Shown: positions 26,489-40,949 of the stretch, piece by piece | Numbering within the stretch: the stretch's first letter is position 1 | Layout of the letters: every line of letters begins with the position of its first letter | Assembly: GCF_902652985.1 (NCBI RefSeq) | Contig: NC_047027.1 | Span: forward strand, 8,990,001-9,054,000 | Source of the DNA: Pecten maximus | Taxonomy: Eukaryota | DNA: 64,000 bases | Direction of reading: 5' to 3' | The notes under the pieces: generated by a model | Databases searched by the model: none | What the model was told of the DNA's origin: nothing | The model's input: only the letters and a program-made list of their open reading frames with translations | Translations under genes and position numbers: made by a program

Positions 26489-29400
26489 GTGATACAGCTG
26501 TAGAGTTATTACTAGTTAGAGAATCTATTGCTCTCTCTCCAAAACAAAACATAGACCAACATTCTGTATTTAACAGTTCTACTCCTCTACTACAGCGTCG
26601 CTCAGATTTTCTCAAGTTGCATATTTAACAGTTGATTATTAAATTTAACACCTTAATACCATTCATTATGCCTTTTTTGTGAAAGTCATCTTCAGCCAGT
26701 TTCTTATTTGAAATGATAGAAGGATTCTAATGATTTTTGTTTTTGTTTTCTTTATTTATATTTTCATGTTAAATGGAATTTGCAATATTGTTTTTTTAAT
26801 ATTCCTAAAATCCACATTTGTTTTGTATCCTGATTTGTCCGAAGACTTGCTTAATGAATAACTTCATTTGATGGTATATTTTACAATTGGATTTATTGTT
26901 GAACATAGGTAAAAGAATTATTAAACAAGTATAATTTACTGTTGTAATATGCACCTTGACAGAACTGACCCGTATTTGCTCTTTTCCTGGAAGCATTATG
27001 GATCTTTCCTGTATTTAATGAAATATATTTTTTCTAGATTAATATATAATGGGTTTGATGTAGATGTACCTACTCAGAGGGAGTATATATTATATAATCT
27101 ATTCTAGACACTAGATGTACAACTTTAGAAATATATCAGTAGTACTCTGTCAAATCAGGGAGTACAATTGTTTTTCTTTTTCTATACATTATTACAATTT
27201 AGAGTATTATAAAAAAAAATTAAAAAAAAAAAAAAAAAAAATTGTTTACCTGTGTTTATTTTTTCTGAATATTCTAATGAATCAAAGTGAATATAAATAC
27301 AATATTTAACAATGATAATTCTTTGTTTTATATTATTATTGTATGATTTTCCTTCTATAGTTAAGTACAAAATAATTACAATTTAATACATACGGCTAAT
27401 GTAGTTGCTAGAAATTGCTAGACGGTAAAGGGTTTTTGTAGATATTTTATAACAGATAGTTTTTCCTTTAAATTATCAAAATACTAATGAATTTGTGAAA
27501 TTTTCTTATTAAGTATTTTCCTATATACACACACAAGTCTTAGGAGTGAACAATATAATAACACCGCTTATCTCCCCTGCTCATGTATCGATCTGTATAT
27601 ATTACATCGTAGATATAAATCTACATTGGAAACAAATAACCAACCTTGCTTGTCCAAATTATACATTCCTCTACTAAACATATGTATCAGAAATACTAAC
27701 GAAGATATCTCTACTTTATGAAATATCATAAATGTTTAATTTGGTTAAATGTATTGATTTTTATTTCATGTATGTACTGAAGTATTTTTGTTTATAAGTA
27801 CATTTTGTTGGTATATGCTGGTGTCTGTATATTGATTAACGACTGTTGTAAATGAATTAAGTATATATATCACTCTGTTTGCCTGTCATTGTTCTATTTC
27901 AGTGATAGTTTAAGTTACAGCTGCTGAACTGGTGTGTTTCTTAATATAAAGTGTCTGCCCTTATATGACTCTTGCTGTTCAGAGGGCATCAAACCCTGAA
28001 AATTTATAAAAATAGAAATAGCATGCTGAAGTGTATCACCATGGATACAAGATATCATAAACTTATATAGTTTTGTTTTCAGGATCCTCCTTAATGCTGG
28101 CCTAAGAATGCTTAATCCTTTGTAGACTTTATATTGAATGTTTCATATCTTTTATTGTATTGATACTGTTTGTTCAAGCAGGTTTCTATATATGGTGAAG
28201 GGGATATGTGACAACTGACTTTGAACAAAATGAACAGTTTAAAAAAAATAGTAAATTGCATTGAATGTGGAACATTCTCTTTTTTTTTTTTTTTTTGTCA
28301 AATTGCATCAAAGTTCGGTCCAGCTTAACATGATTTGAAAAGAAAAATTTCCATATTTTGTTGAACAAAAGTTTATAAAGTACATATTGTATAATGACAT
28401 GTTGACGAACCTTAAATCTATATCAATTTAACTGCTCTTTATGTGGATGAATTAGACTTTTTGTATAATGTAAAGTTTCACTATCAATATTGCAAAAAAA
28501 TAAAGATATATAAATAGAAAACTTCTCTTAAAAATTAGAAGGTTGACATGTATGATGATGATTATAAGTATCATACACATATGGTGGATTCCAAATAATG
28601 ATGTTTTGATGTATAGTACAATAAGTAGTTTCAAACTGTGTTGTTGGTATAACCATGGTATAAGAAGTGAGTTTTTTTGTTTGAAAGGTGTTGGAATTCA
28701 AATGACATTTCTTAATGCAGTCAAATTATAATACTTGTAGGTGTATGTCACCAACAGCTTCTGTATACTATATCACAGCACTGCCAAGTATCATAGGATT
28801 TCAAAGCTTATAAAACCATATTCTCACTACCACCATTAATTTTTTTGACACACTTAAATACATTAAAATGCATGTCCATGAGACAAGAAAGCTAGACCCA
28901 TGGATGCTTCATTATATTGATAGAAAACAAAACATGCAGAATGAAAATAAGTTTTGATTTGAAATTTCGGACTTTTAAGCAGAATGAAAATAAGTTTTGA
29001 TTTGAAATTTCGGACTTTTAATAATTACCACAAAACATATCCCCATTCCGAAATATTTAATCCTTTATTAAAAAAGTATTGGAATTGATGATCAGTGTGA
29101 ATTTTTTAAAACTTAGATCCACTAAATATATAACATTGGCCCAGAATGGACCAATGTCAGGTGCCCCTCTTCATGATCCAAGCTGTATATGTCTGGTAGT
29201 TTTTTGTTTGTCAAGGAAATTTGAAATATTAATTTATTTTTATTTCATTCAGCATTAAATCATCTATGATCAGTTAATTTTATAAAGTCAATGAAGTAAG
29301 CATTTAAAAATATATAGAAAAATGTCAAAGGCCAAAGTTACTATAGAAAAGCAGATTTTCTACTGCTATCAATATCCTAAATTTTCCTCAGATTGTTATT

Positions 29401-29538
29401 GTTCTTGCTTAGATGAACTTAATATACATTTATAACACAGCTAGCTAGTATAGCTGGGATTGCCAAAAGATTGTATTTCGTGGTATTTGATTTCAATATC
29501 CATAGGAATTACCGATATTCTGTATTAACTTTTTACAG

Positions 29539-29694
29539 TCTAGCCAAGATGCTCCAAAGTCTGATGAGACAGAGAAAAGCGAGCCTGAAAAGATAGACAT
29601 TGATTTAAATGACCCTGATGTCGTAAATGCTGCCACAAAAATTCAGGCTGGGTTTAAGGGTTATAAGACTCGAAAAGACATGAAAGGACAACAG
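29539..29694 (+). CDS. SPA17: Acidic-IQ cassette exon SSQDAPK...[35 protein letters not shown]
   Basis: Acceptor ctttttacag, donor CAG|GTTGGG; 156 nt. Confidence 0.9.
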
Positions 29695-32600
29695 GTTGGG
29701 ATACCATTTGAATTCTTTTGTTCCTGCATGTTCCTTTGTAGTTTTCTCATCCCTGTAATCTAATTTAACAACTGGAGTAGCATGTCAATCCTGTAAATAC
29801 GGTTCCAATTTTTACAGGAAAGAAAATCTTAATTTGGAATTTTCCTGCAAAAAAATGTATGGATTTTTAAAGGAATTTCAGGTTCCTATTATAATACATT
29901 AGTCAGTTTTTCAGATACGTACATCTAGGGAAATAAATTTCAAAGCATATATCTTTTTAGGAATTGTAATTGTAGAATTTTAAAAGATTTTATAAGAAAA
30001 ACATAATTATTTTTTATATTAGCAAATATTTCTTTTAAAAGTTTCATTTATATTCGATTGCATTGACATACTTTTTAAAAGAAAGAAAAGAGAGGAAAAA
30101 AAATCTTTGAAAATTAGAAACAAAATATGTATAAGTAAAAGAATAAAATATTATTGAAAATTAGAAACAAAATATGCGAAAGTAAGAGAAGAAAATTATA
30201 TCAAAATTAAGAGTGTAAGATGAGAAAAAGATATGAGAATTAAAAGAAAAAAAATTCTGAAAATAAATTTCAGAAAAATTTTGACAACTGTGTTAATTAC
30301 TAAGAATTGTCTGTGAACTTACTTGTGTTCTGTTGATAGTTAGACTGACTAACCCGTGTCTGACCTGAGCATGTGATGATTTATATATATAGTATTAACC
30401 CATTCCTGATGGAAAGTTAGCTCCTAACAAGTCAACCCTGTAATCAAGATTTCTGAAACATCCATGGATATGGTAGCATAGTCACATGAGCCAAGTCCAT
30501 TATCATCTTCCTTCATCCTTTGACATGTTCAACTTCTTCTCAAGAACCATAAGACCAATTAACGGCCATCTGTGTTTCCTCCATAGCTTCATGCAAGGCC
30601 AAAGGAGTCAATTTAGAGTCATCATTCTTTAGAATTGTACATGTGAACAACTCATTTTATAGACTTGCCAAGTCCTAAAAAATCAATCTGATAAAATTCT
30701 CAGAATCTATACGGCAGAAATCTAGAAAATCATAATTTGATTTAGATTAGGTTGTAGAGTGATAGAAAGCATTCAGTGAGGCAGTGGTGGTGATATAACA
30801 GGGATGATTAGTGTTAGCCAGACTACCTGGAGTCTTTTCAGGTGTTTCTGACTGCCGACACTTACCAAGACAGTAAACTTTGATTACATAAGAAATAGTT
30901 ATGTCATCCCTTCCTTATATATTTCCCTGAATACCAACACCGTAAAACTAATCAGAGTGAAGATAAACAGAACAGCTACCTGTCTTAAAGCTATCACAAG
31001 TTGTGCTTTTGTTTTGACCAATATAACTGACAATCAGTTATCAAATTAGTCATAAGACAGTTTAAATATATATTATATAGTAAATACAACTTTTTTTTCT
31101 GTACATCAGTAAATTCTAATATTCTCTTAACTCTATCTAATTGAGTGTTTGGTAACATCATGCATGTTAGATAATAATTTAATATTTATATATTTTTTTG
31201 TGAGAGCTTAAAATTTTGTGTTTGGTAACATCATGCATGTTAGATAATAATTTAATATTTATATATTTTTTTGTGAGAGCTAAAAATTTTGGTTGCACTT
31301 AAATAAGAAGCATGATGTATGTTTGGTGTTAATTTTTTCTAATGCTGCATGTATGGACATCAGTTTTTTTGTAAATTTTGATGTCAAAAGTTGATTTGTT
31401 AATTTACATTTCAATATATTTTGACATTTTTAGGGTCCATGTCAGCATACATGATAAGATTTTCCAGTAAATGTTGGCCTGTACATTATCATATGTCAAG
31501 TATATATATATATATATGTATAACATCAGTGTTTCTATATATTGTCTTCTCATTTCTATATCGAATCAAAACAGGATTCCAGAGATAGCTTACATAGTTC
31601 ATTAAAGTATATAATTTGTGTTTTAATGACAAATTATAGAATTGATTGTTTAGTAAAAGTTTAAACTTATAATAATGCGTGACATGAAATGATTTGTCTT
31701 TATTTTCAGTTTAGTGTTGGCTAATTTTATACCTAAAGATTTTATGTTTGAATTTCAGAAATATCCTGTTGAATTACTTGCTATACTAATTATTCTAGAG
31801 TTTCAGCCATTCCTATCTGTGGACTATCTACTGGAGGTTACAATATTATTGTCTGTTTAGTGTGAATGTTTTAAGTGTATTGTCCTATTTTGTCTGTGTA
31901 TTATGTGATTGTATCAGAGTGACCTCCCCTTGTTTCCTGTGATGTTTGTTGATGCGTTGTAACATTTCAAATATAAACAAACAAATCTGTCCCACAGAAG
32001 ATATTGACATATATAACAGAAAGTTATGGTATATATGCTGAAAATTACGTACACTGCTGGCCATGTGTAAGAATTAATTCTTTCTGATTTCCCATAATCA
32101 CATTCTTGAGCTATAAATTGATTCATATTTTTTTTTTATCCCCAAGTAAAATTTTGTGCCAAGCAACTACCCTATATAAGGTAGTGTATATAGAGCCTCC
32201 TTCACGTTCCCTCTTGTCTTTCCAGCTAAATTGTCTAATTCATGCATTTCAAATCTCAGATTTTTTATACAAAGTGAGAATAATTAAATATTTGATAACA
32301 AATTTGGATAGTTGCGACTGAATTCTCATCTTTAAATTTGGATAAAGATGCAATTTATGCTTAAGAGTCCGCTTGCTATATAAGATTTTAAAGGGAACCT
32401 GTTTACTGTGTGGAATCATCAAGGCGCTGTCTAAGTCTCAAAATAGCAACAAGACCGTTAACACATTAACTGTTTAACAGCTCAAAATGTCACCAAACTG
32501 ACATACACTAAGGTAGGATTGGGGCAATCACTTCATTCTGTAACATTACTGTCCTCTGGACCGTTACTGTGTGTGGTGATGTTGTCAGTGATTTGTACAC

Positions 32601-33057
32601 CACGACCACAATAGTAATGGTGATAATTGTGGTGAGGATTTCTTATACAAGATACAATTATTACGTGATCCGTGTGGCTGAGTGTTGGCACACACAGCGG
32701 ACACTTTATATCATAAAGTGAATATTTTGGCCTACGTAAGAGATTGTTAATATTTACATGTATATGATGAGATGTGATTGAATTTCCATCTATGATTAAA
32801 ATCTATACACACACCTCATAATTTTACATGTATATGATGAGATGTGATTGAATTTCCATGTATGATTTAGATCTATACACACACCTCATAATTTGCCTAA
32901 TGTCAAATATCCTTAAGGGATGCAATAGGTATGCAGCTTTTTCCACAGACGTCAATAGAAGACTTGTTTTCTTTTAAAATGTACCGTAATCGTAGGCGAT
33001 TGACATTGTGAGATTGTTACATATTGACATGCCATTCTTATAAAGTCTCTATGGAAT

Positions 33058-33192
33058 TACACATCAGCCAATCAAATCCGTAAAGCTACACATCAGCCAA
33101 TCAAATCCGTAAAGCTACACATCAGCCAATCAAATCCGTAAAGCTACACATCAGCCAATCAAATCCATAAAGCTACACATCAGCCAATCAAA
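33058..33192. repeat. 29-bp tandem repeat (TACACATCAGCCAATCAAATCCGTAAAGC), about 4.6 copies, abutting an acceptor
   Basis: Tandem periodicity. Confidence 0.93.
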
Positions 33193-33210
33193 CTGATACT
33201 TTTATTCCAG

Positions 33211-33363
33211 TCGTTATCTGATCAGGAGTCGGGAATGCCTGATGCGGATCAGGGCGATACAGACGACATTGATTTAAATGATCCAGATGTGGCAAAGGCA
33301 GCCACAAAAATCCAGGCTAGTTTCAAAGGTCACCAAGTGCGAAAAGAAATCCGTAAAAAACAG
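33211..33363 (+). CDS. SPA17: Acidic-IQ cassette exon SLSDQ...DDIDLNDPDVAKAATKIQASFKGHQVRKEIRKKQ (neuromodulin-like IQ)
   Basis: Acceptor ttttattccag, donor CAG|GTTCGA; 153 nt. Confidence 0.9.
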
Positions 33364-34994
33364 GTTCGAACTGCACGTTAAACCGGGCTTAGTTTGTCGG
33401 CCGTGATGTCTTTATTTTCTGTGCTGGTAATAGGTGTATATTGTTTATCACTCAGATGGGATCTCTTTTTATCATTTCCTATTATCATTTTTTGTTTTTG
33501 TTTTTGTTCATAGTTGTCGGTGTGCCCATAGGTAACCTTTCAGCATGGTACAGCTTTTCATAAATACTGTCTTACTGTTTCGTAGTAAAGAGCAAGAAAA
33601 CTTTGGATTCTATATGCCATGACTTATTGTCAAATAAATCAGAGAAAATATCTGGTAAAACCTGAATCCTCACTGTTATCCTAATGATATTGGTTTTCTC
33701 TACATAGACACATTTGTTATAGGATTTTCATTCCCTGACTAGAATCTAGCTGATATGTAGCTTTTACAAACATGTATGTGTATTGACATTTTTAGCTGAT
33801 CTTGCTAAATCTATTGGTTTACCAATTTTGGCTGCTGTTAAGTTACCTTGGATCAGGCAGCTCTAAAGTCATATCGGGACATAAAAGAAAATCTCAAGGA
33901 TACAGTGTTTTCAAGGTTATGTCTCCACACAAAGATCTTACAGGAGTATATATAAAGATAATGTGACCATGTAATTTGAGCATCTGTGTAAATTGCACAG
34001 GTACTTTTTGTAGCTGAAAATGCTGAAAACAAAACCTGTATATTTATTTGCAGAAAAAAAAAATCATTTTATTTTATGCTTTATGTCTTGAAATAACCAT
34101 TGCTTCCCCTAGACATTTACATATTGGTGATATCATTCGATATGACAACATAATTTGGTGTGTTCAAGGCAAGCTTTATTATCATGGCATGTCAGTGGTA
34201 AGCCATTTTGGTGACATATAAAACCAGTCATAGAAAACAAAACTGTTTACAAGTTTTAACCCTCTAGTGGTATAGACTTCATCACCTTCCATCAAATCAA
34301 AGACATGTAAAGTGTTCGCGGCACACTTAAAGATGCTGAGGGCAGTTCAGTATGTTGCTTTGTAATTGTGTGTATACTGTTCATCATTATTGGCCGAGTT
34401 ATGTCCCTTTGAACTTGTGAGGACTTGTAGGGGACATGTTTTTAAGCAATTTTCAGTAATTGCTTAAATGTCAATTTTACTTTTTTGCTAAAGCTAAGAC
34501 AGATGATAAATCTAGCTGAGATTTCTTTGAAGTTACAAGGGCTGATGGTGATGGGTGCTTTAATTGCTTCATTTTGGTGACTTTATCTATTTATAGAATA
34601 AGGAATCATTGCTTTATGGAATAGGGACCTGTAGGATAAGGATGGCAATATAGATGGGGATAACAATTCAGGCGTGATTTTTATTGGCAGGTTGCTGGAC
34701 AATTTTGAGGTGATACTTGTACACTTGTAACTAATGTTCTCATCGTCTGGCTTCCTGTGTTTCAGTGTCATGGTTTGTGAATAAAGCATAGCATTGTATC
34801 TATAAGGGCCTGCCAAATCAATACTCGTTATACAATTTGTAGTTTGTCAGTCTGGCTTCTGTGATTTCTGACCCCCGGCGTTTCCTGGGTGTTTCCAAAC
34901 TGTGGTCAACATTGTACGTGGTAAAGTTCTATTGACCTTCAGCACAGAGTATAGAATTCTATGAATATGATACATATAATCATCGTCTATAACA

Positions 34995-36082
34995 CTGTCA
35001 TTGAAGGTTTGTCCATGATTCACCTCTAGACCTCTTTGTCCTAGTCTCTGTCATTGGGGATTTCTGCCCTTTGTTGACCTCTAGACCTGTTGGGGTAAGT
35101 CTCTATCATTGGATAGTTCTGTCCCTTGTTGACCTCTAGACCTCTCAGTGCTAGTCTCTATCATTGGAGATTTCTGTCCTTGGTTCACCTCTAGACCTCT
35201 CAGTGCTAGTCTCTATCATCAGAGATTTCTGCCCTTTGTTGACCTCTAGACCTCTTAGTGCTAGTCTCTATCATCAGAGATTTCTGATCATGGTTGACCT
35301 CTAGACCTCTTGGTGCTAGTATTTATCATTGAAGGTTTGTACTTGGTTCACCTCTAGACCTCTAAGTGTTAATCTGTACCATTGGAGATCTCTGCCCTTT
35401 GTTGACCTCTTGACCTGTTGGGGCAAGTCTCTATCATTAGAGATTTCTGTCCTTGGTTGACCTCTAGACCTCTTAGTGCTAGTCTCTATCATTGGAGATT
35501 TCTGTCCTTGGTTCACCTCTAGACCTCTCAGTGCTAGTCTCTATCATCAGAGATTTCTGCCCTTGGTTGACCTCTAGACCTCTTAGTGCTAGTCTCTATC
35601 ATTGGAGATTTCTGTCCTTGGTTCACCTCTAGACCTCTCAGTGCTAGTCTCTATCATCAGAGATTTCTGCCCTTGGTTGACCTCTAGACCTCTTAGTGCT
35701 AGTCTCTATCATTAGAGATTTCTGTCCATGGTTGACCTCTAGCCCTCTGAGCGCTAGTCTCTATCATCAGAGATTTCTGTCCATGGTTGACCTCTAGCCC
35801 TCTGAGTGCTAGTCTCTATCATCAGAGATTTCTGTCCATGGTTCACCTTTAGACCTCTTAGTTCTAGTCTCTAACATCAGAGATTTCTGCCCTTTGTTGA
35901 CCTCTATACCTCTTAGTGCTAGTCTCTAACATCAGAGATTTCTGTCCTTTGTTGACCTCTAGACCTCTTGGTGTTAATCTGTACCATTGGCTATTTCTGG
36001 CCTTTGTTGACCTCTAGACCTCTTAGTGCTAGTCTCTAACATCAGAGATTTCTGTCCATGGTTGACCTCTAGACCCCTTGGT
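34995..36082. repeat. 59-bp minisatellite (GACCTCTAGACCTCTTAGTGCTAGTCTCTATCA...), about 18 copies
   Basis: Tandem periodicity. Confidence 0.94.
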
Positions 36083-36352
36083 GATAGATATGTGTGGGGT
36101 TTGATTGTATCTGTTGTTCCTCTGTCACCACTGGGAGTTGGAATCTTTGATTACCGACCTCATTAGTAGCTGTGTTGTATCACTCTGTATTACATTTTCA
36201 TAACTTGTCCATAACAGACATTCCATGAGAATAGTAGCATTAACAAGTATCAAAAATATTTCATAATCATCGACCCAGATGGTTTTCAATTTTTTAAAGG
36301 TGACCACAAATTCTCTGGTCTATTTATCTACAGTAACAGTGATGAAGGTGAC

Positions 36353-38888
36353 TGATCTCCCAGTATCTAACTGTAACTGTGGAGACAGATCTCCCAGTAT
36401 GTGTAACTATAACTGTGGGGACAGATCTCCCAGTATGTGTAACTATAACTGTGGAGACAGATCTCCCAGTATGTGTAACTATAACTGTGGGGACAGATCT
36501 CCCAGTATGTGTAACTATAACTGTGGAGACAGATCTCCCAGTATGTGTAACTATAACTGTGGAGACAGATCTCCCAGTATGAGTAACTATAATTGTGGAG
36601 ACAGATCTCCCAGTATGTGTAACTATAACTATGGAGACAGATCTCCCAGTATCTAACTATAACTGTGGAGACAGATCTCCCAGTATGTGTAACTATAACT
36701 GTGGGGACAGATCTCCCAATATGTGTAACTATAACTGTGGAGACAGATCTCCCAGTATGTGTAACTATAACTGTGGAGACAGATCTCCCAATATCTAACT
36801 ATAACTGTGGAGACAGATCTCCCAGTATGAGTAACTATAACTGTGGAGACAGATCTCCCAGTATGTGTAACTATAACTGTGGAGACAGATCTCCCAGTAT
36901 GTGTAACTATAACTGTGGAGACAGATCTCCCAGTATGTGTAACTATAACTGTGGAGACAGATCTCCCAGTATGTGTAACTATAACTGTGGGGACAGATCT
37001 CCCAGTATGTGTAACTATAACTGTGGAGACAGATCTCCCAGTATGTGTAACTATAACTGTGAAAGACAGATCTCCCAGTATGTGTAACTATAACTGTGGG
37101 GACAGATCTCCCAATATCTAACTATAACTGTGGAGACAGATCTCCCAGTATCTAACTATAACTGTGGAGACAGATCTCCCAGTATGAGTAACTGTAACTG
37201 TGGAGACAGATCTCCCAGTATGTAACTATAACTGTGGAGACAGATCTCCCAGTATCTAACTATAACTGTGGAGACAGATCTCCCAGTATGTGTAACTATA
37301 ACTGTGGAGACAGATCTCCCAGTATGTGTAACTATAACTGTGGAGACAGATCTCCCAGTATGTGTAACTATAACTATGGAGACAGATCTCCCAGTATGAG
37401 TAACTATAACTGTGGAGACAGATCTCCCAGTATGTGTAACTTTAACTGTGGAGACAGATCTCCCAGTATCTAACTATAACTGTGGAGACAGATCTCCCAG
37501 TATGTGTAACTATAACTGTGGGGACAGATCTCCCAGTATGTGTAACTATAACTGTGGAGACAGATCTCCCAGTATGTGTAACTATAACTGTGGGAACAGA
37601 TCTCCCAGTATGTGTAACTATAACTGTGGAGACAGATCTCCCAGTATGTAACTATAACTGTGGAGACAGATCTCCCGGTATGTATAACTATAACTGTGGA
37701 GACAGATCTCCCGGTATCTAACTATAACTGTGGAGACAGATCTCCCAGTATGTGTAACTATAACTGTGGAGACAGATCTCCCAGTATGTGTAACTATAAC
37801 TGTGGAGACAGATCTCCCAGTATGTGTAACTATAACTGTGGAGACAGATCTCCCAGTATGTGTAACTATAACTATGGAGACAGATCTCCCAGTATCTAAC
37901 TATAACTGTGGAGACAGATCTCCCAGTATGTGTAACTATAACTGTGGAGACAGATCTCCCAGTATGTATAACTATAACTGTGGAGACAGATCTCCCAGTA
38001 TGTGTAACTATAACTGTGGAGACAGATCTCCCAGTATGTGTAACTATAACTGTGGAGACAGATCTCCCAGTATGTAACTATAACTGTGGAGACAGATCTC
38101 CCAGTATGTGTAACTATAACTGTGGAGACAGATCTCCCAGTATGTGTAACTATAACTGTGGAGACAGATCTCCCAGTATGTGTAACTATAACTGTGGGGA
38201 CAGATCTCCCAGTATGTGTAACTATAACTGTGGAGACAGATCTCCCAGTATGTGTAACTATAACTGTGGGACAGATCTCCCAGTATGTGTAACTATAACT
38301 GTGGAGACAGATCTCCCAGTATCTAACTATAACTGTGGAGACAGATCTCCCAGTATCTAACTATAACTGTGGAGACAGATCTCCCAGTATGAGTAACTAT
38401 AATTGTGGAGACAGATCTCCCAGTATGTGTAACTATAACTATGGAGACAGATCTCCCAGTATCTAACTATAACTGTGGAGACAGATCTCCCAGTATGTGT
38501 AACTATAACTGTGGGGACAGATCTCCCAGTATGTGTAACTATAACTGTGGAGACAGATCTCCCAGTATGTGTAACTATAACTGTGGAGACAGATCTCCCA
38601 GTATGTGTAACTATAACTGTGGAGACAGATCTCCCAGTATGTAACTATAACTGTGGAGACAGATCTCCCAGTATGTGTAACTATAACTGTGGGGACAGAT
38701 CTCCCAGTATGTGTAACTATAACTGTGGGGACAGATCTCCCAGTATGTGTAACTATAACTGTGGGGACAGATCTCCCAGTATGTGTAACTATAACTGTGG
38801 AGACAGATCTCCCAGTATGTGTAACTATAACTGTGGGGACAGATCTCCCAGTATGTGTAACTATAACTGTGGGGACAGATCTCCCAGT
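36353..38888. repeat. 36/34-bp satellite (GATCTCCCAGTATGTGTAACTATAACTGTGGAGACA), about 70 copies
   Basis: Tandem periodicity; explains the many repetitive ORFs in this region. Confidence 0.98.
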
Positions 38889-39427
38889 GTCTATTGTAGG
38901 TGTGCTACTGTCAGTATACACACGAGCTCAGGTGTTTGTACAGTTTTCGATGCGTATGTTATCGTGATGTTTCATCACATTATTTTTCCCCTCGGTACGA
39001 CTTTTACTTTCCTCACGATCAATCAGACAAAGCTCATGCACACTTGGATGACACCACTTGCCTCGCGGTGCCGTCACGTTTTTTTCACCATCTTCGTTTT
39101 ACACTGTGTACCTTTTTTAAACTTTGCTCCATCAGTTGTTGGCATGTTACCGACATGTTATTCCTGTTTTGATTTCAAAGTTTTGAGAAAGAGTTCATAA
39201 GAAAATAACTTTTCATTATAATTACCATATGACATTTGAATACTTCTTTGACACATGAATTTTCAGTGTAACGTTTAACGGCAGGGTTGAGAAATCTTAC
39301 CACTATAACCATATATTGAAACATACAGTCATTTGAAGCTGTGTAGTTGAGTTTTTTTTTATCACTGTGAGTACTAGTACCGATCAATATCGCTCAAGCC
39401 TGCTAAGATACTGTACTTGTGTTACAG

Positions 39428-39607
39428 TCGGCTTCTGAGACCGACAGAGGACAAACCAACATCCCTGGTGGAGATGATAAACATGTAGGGGAGGTCGACA
39501 GTGAAATAGACATTGATTTGGCAGATCCTGAGGTGGAAAGGGCTGCCAGTAAAATTCAGGCCGGATATAAAGGTCTAAAAACTCGGAGGGAACTCAAATC
39601 AATCAAG
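39428..39607 (+). CDS. SPA17: Acidic-IQ cassette exon SASETD...EIDIDLADPEVERAASKIQAGYKGLKTRRELKSIK
   Basis: Within ORF 39419..39613; acceptor gttacag, donor AAG|GTTTGA; 180 nt. Confidence 0.9.
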
Positions 39608-40406
39608 GTTTGATGGCACATAGAGTTTTTGTCATTTTAATTTCTCTTTTTTTACAGTATCATTATTTAGATTTGCAGGACTTTGCATGAATGGTTCACA
39701 AATTAGTTACTTTCAGAATGTGATATTATATATCACACTTTTTTCAATCATTATTATCCACTCATTGCTTCATCATGTTTTAAATTCAATCTGGTTGACA
39801 TTTTACAATGCAGTTTTTAGCATGTTTAATGTTCTTTCTGATTCTTGTCATTTTCACTGTCTTTGTCAGGATCTTTTCACATTGAACCTTATATAATCTG
39901 TGCAATGACTTCTTGCAGCTTATCTAAGTGTCAAATGGAAAACATATTTTTAAACTTAAATTCACTCATTGGTGATACTATTAATATGTTTATCTAATTT
40001 CATATCAATAAGGACTTATTCCTATTGTTTCTTTTTTATTTAAATAAATATTGTAAACTAAAACATTTAAAATATCAGTTATATCTTATATGTGTTTGAT
40101 CGACATTCTATCATTATGATTGCAAATCCTAGATTTTATTGTTGGTTTACTTTCTCTCAAATGAATTTCTAGAATTTGTAACAATACTGTCAATTTGATC
40201 CTCAAGCCACATGATCTTTGTTAATCAGGGTCCAGTTTGTTTACCGTGTGATATAAAACCAAGTTTTTTAATCTGTGTTGATGTTTTCAATGCCGTATTA
40301 ATGTATTTTTGTACTTTAATAATTTCTTCGGGATATTTTTAATGTTTTTATTATATATACTAGTTTTTTAATAGAAATATTATGTACATGTTCATTTCAC
40401 TGCACA

Positions 40407-40731
40407 CTACATCATGTTTTGGGTTTATAGGTCCATAACTACATCATCTGTTGGGTTTATATGTCCATAACTACATCATGTGTTGGGTTTATATGTCCAT
40501 AACTACATCATGTGTTGGGTTTATATTTCCATAACTACATCATATGTTGGGTTTATATGTCCATAACTACATCATGTGTTGGGTTTGTAGGTCCATAACT
40601 ACATCATCTGTTGGGGTTGCATGTCCATAACTACATCATGTGTTGGGTTTGTAGGTCCATAACTACATCATCTGTTGGGTTTATATTTCCATAACTACAT
40701 CATGTGTTGGGTTTATAGGTCCATAACTACA
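40407..40731. repeat. 32-bp minisatellite (GTCCATAACTACATCATGTGTTGGGTTTATAT), about 10 copies
   Basis: Tandem periodicity. Confidence 0.93.
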
Positions 40732-40949
40732 GTATATCACCAGTATACTAACATTACACACACTCCTTCCATTTCCTGTGTAAAGTAGATGTCATGGTAA
40801 ACCTTCAACTCATCAATCATCATTTTACAAGTGTGGGCGGTAACTTCATTTCCTTTACTTTATACAGATTACAAATGAAGTTTTGCATGCAGAGAATGGG
40901 TAACTTTTGGGCAAATTAAATGTTTAAATGCTGTCACATGACCCAGGTC

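Noticed and set aside
31146-32895. Two-copy ~70-bp direct duplications (31146-31290, 32751-32895; also 43 bp at 28937)
   Set aside because: Ordinary local slippage duplications with no additional structure.
34995-36082. Minus strand of the 59-bp repeat contains CTGATGA and GAAA
   Set aside because: GAAA is only 3 nt before the next CTGATGA, and I could not build stems II, III and I around them; not a hammerhead.
36353-38888. GTAACTATAAC resembling the LSU rRNA / I-CeuI site
   Set aside because: Only an 11-nt match with no other rRNA similarity.
36279-39200. Many Cys-rich (CNYNCGDRSPSM) and ETDLPVCVTITV ORFs
   Set aside because: They are translations of a 36-bp satellite; frequent 34-bp units shift the frame and there is no splice or start context.
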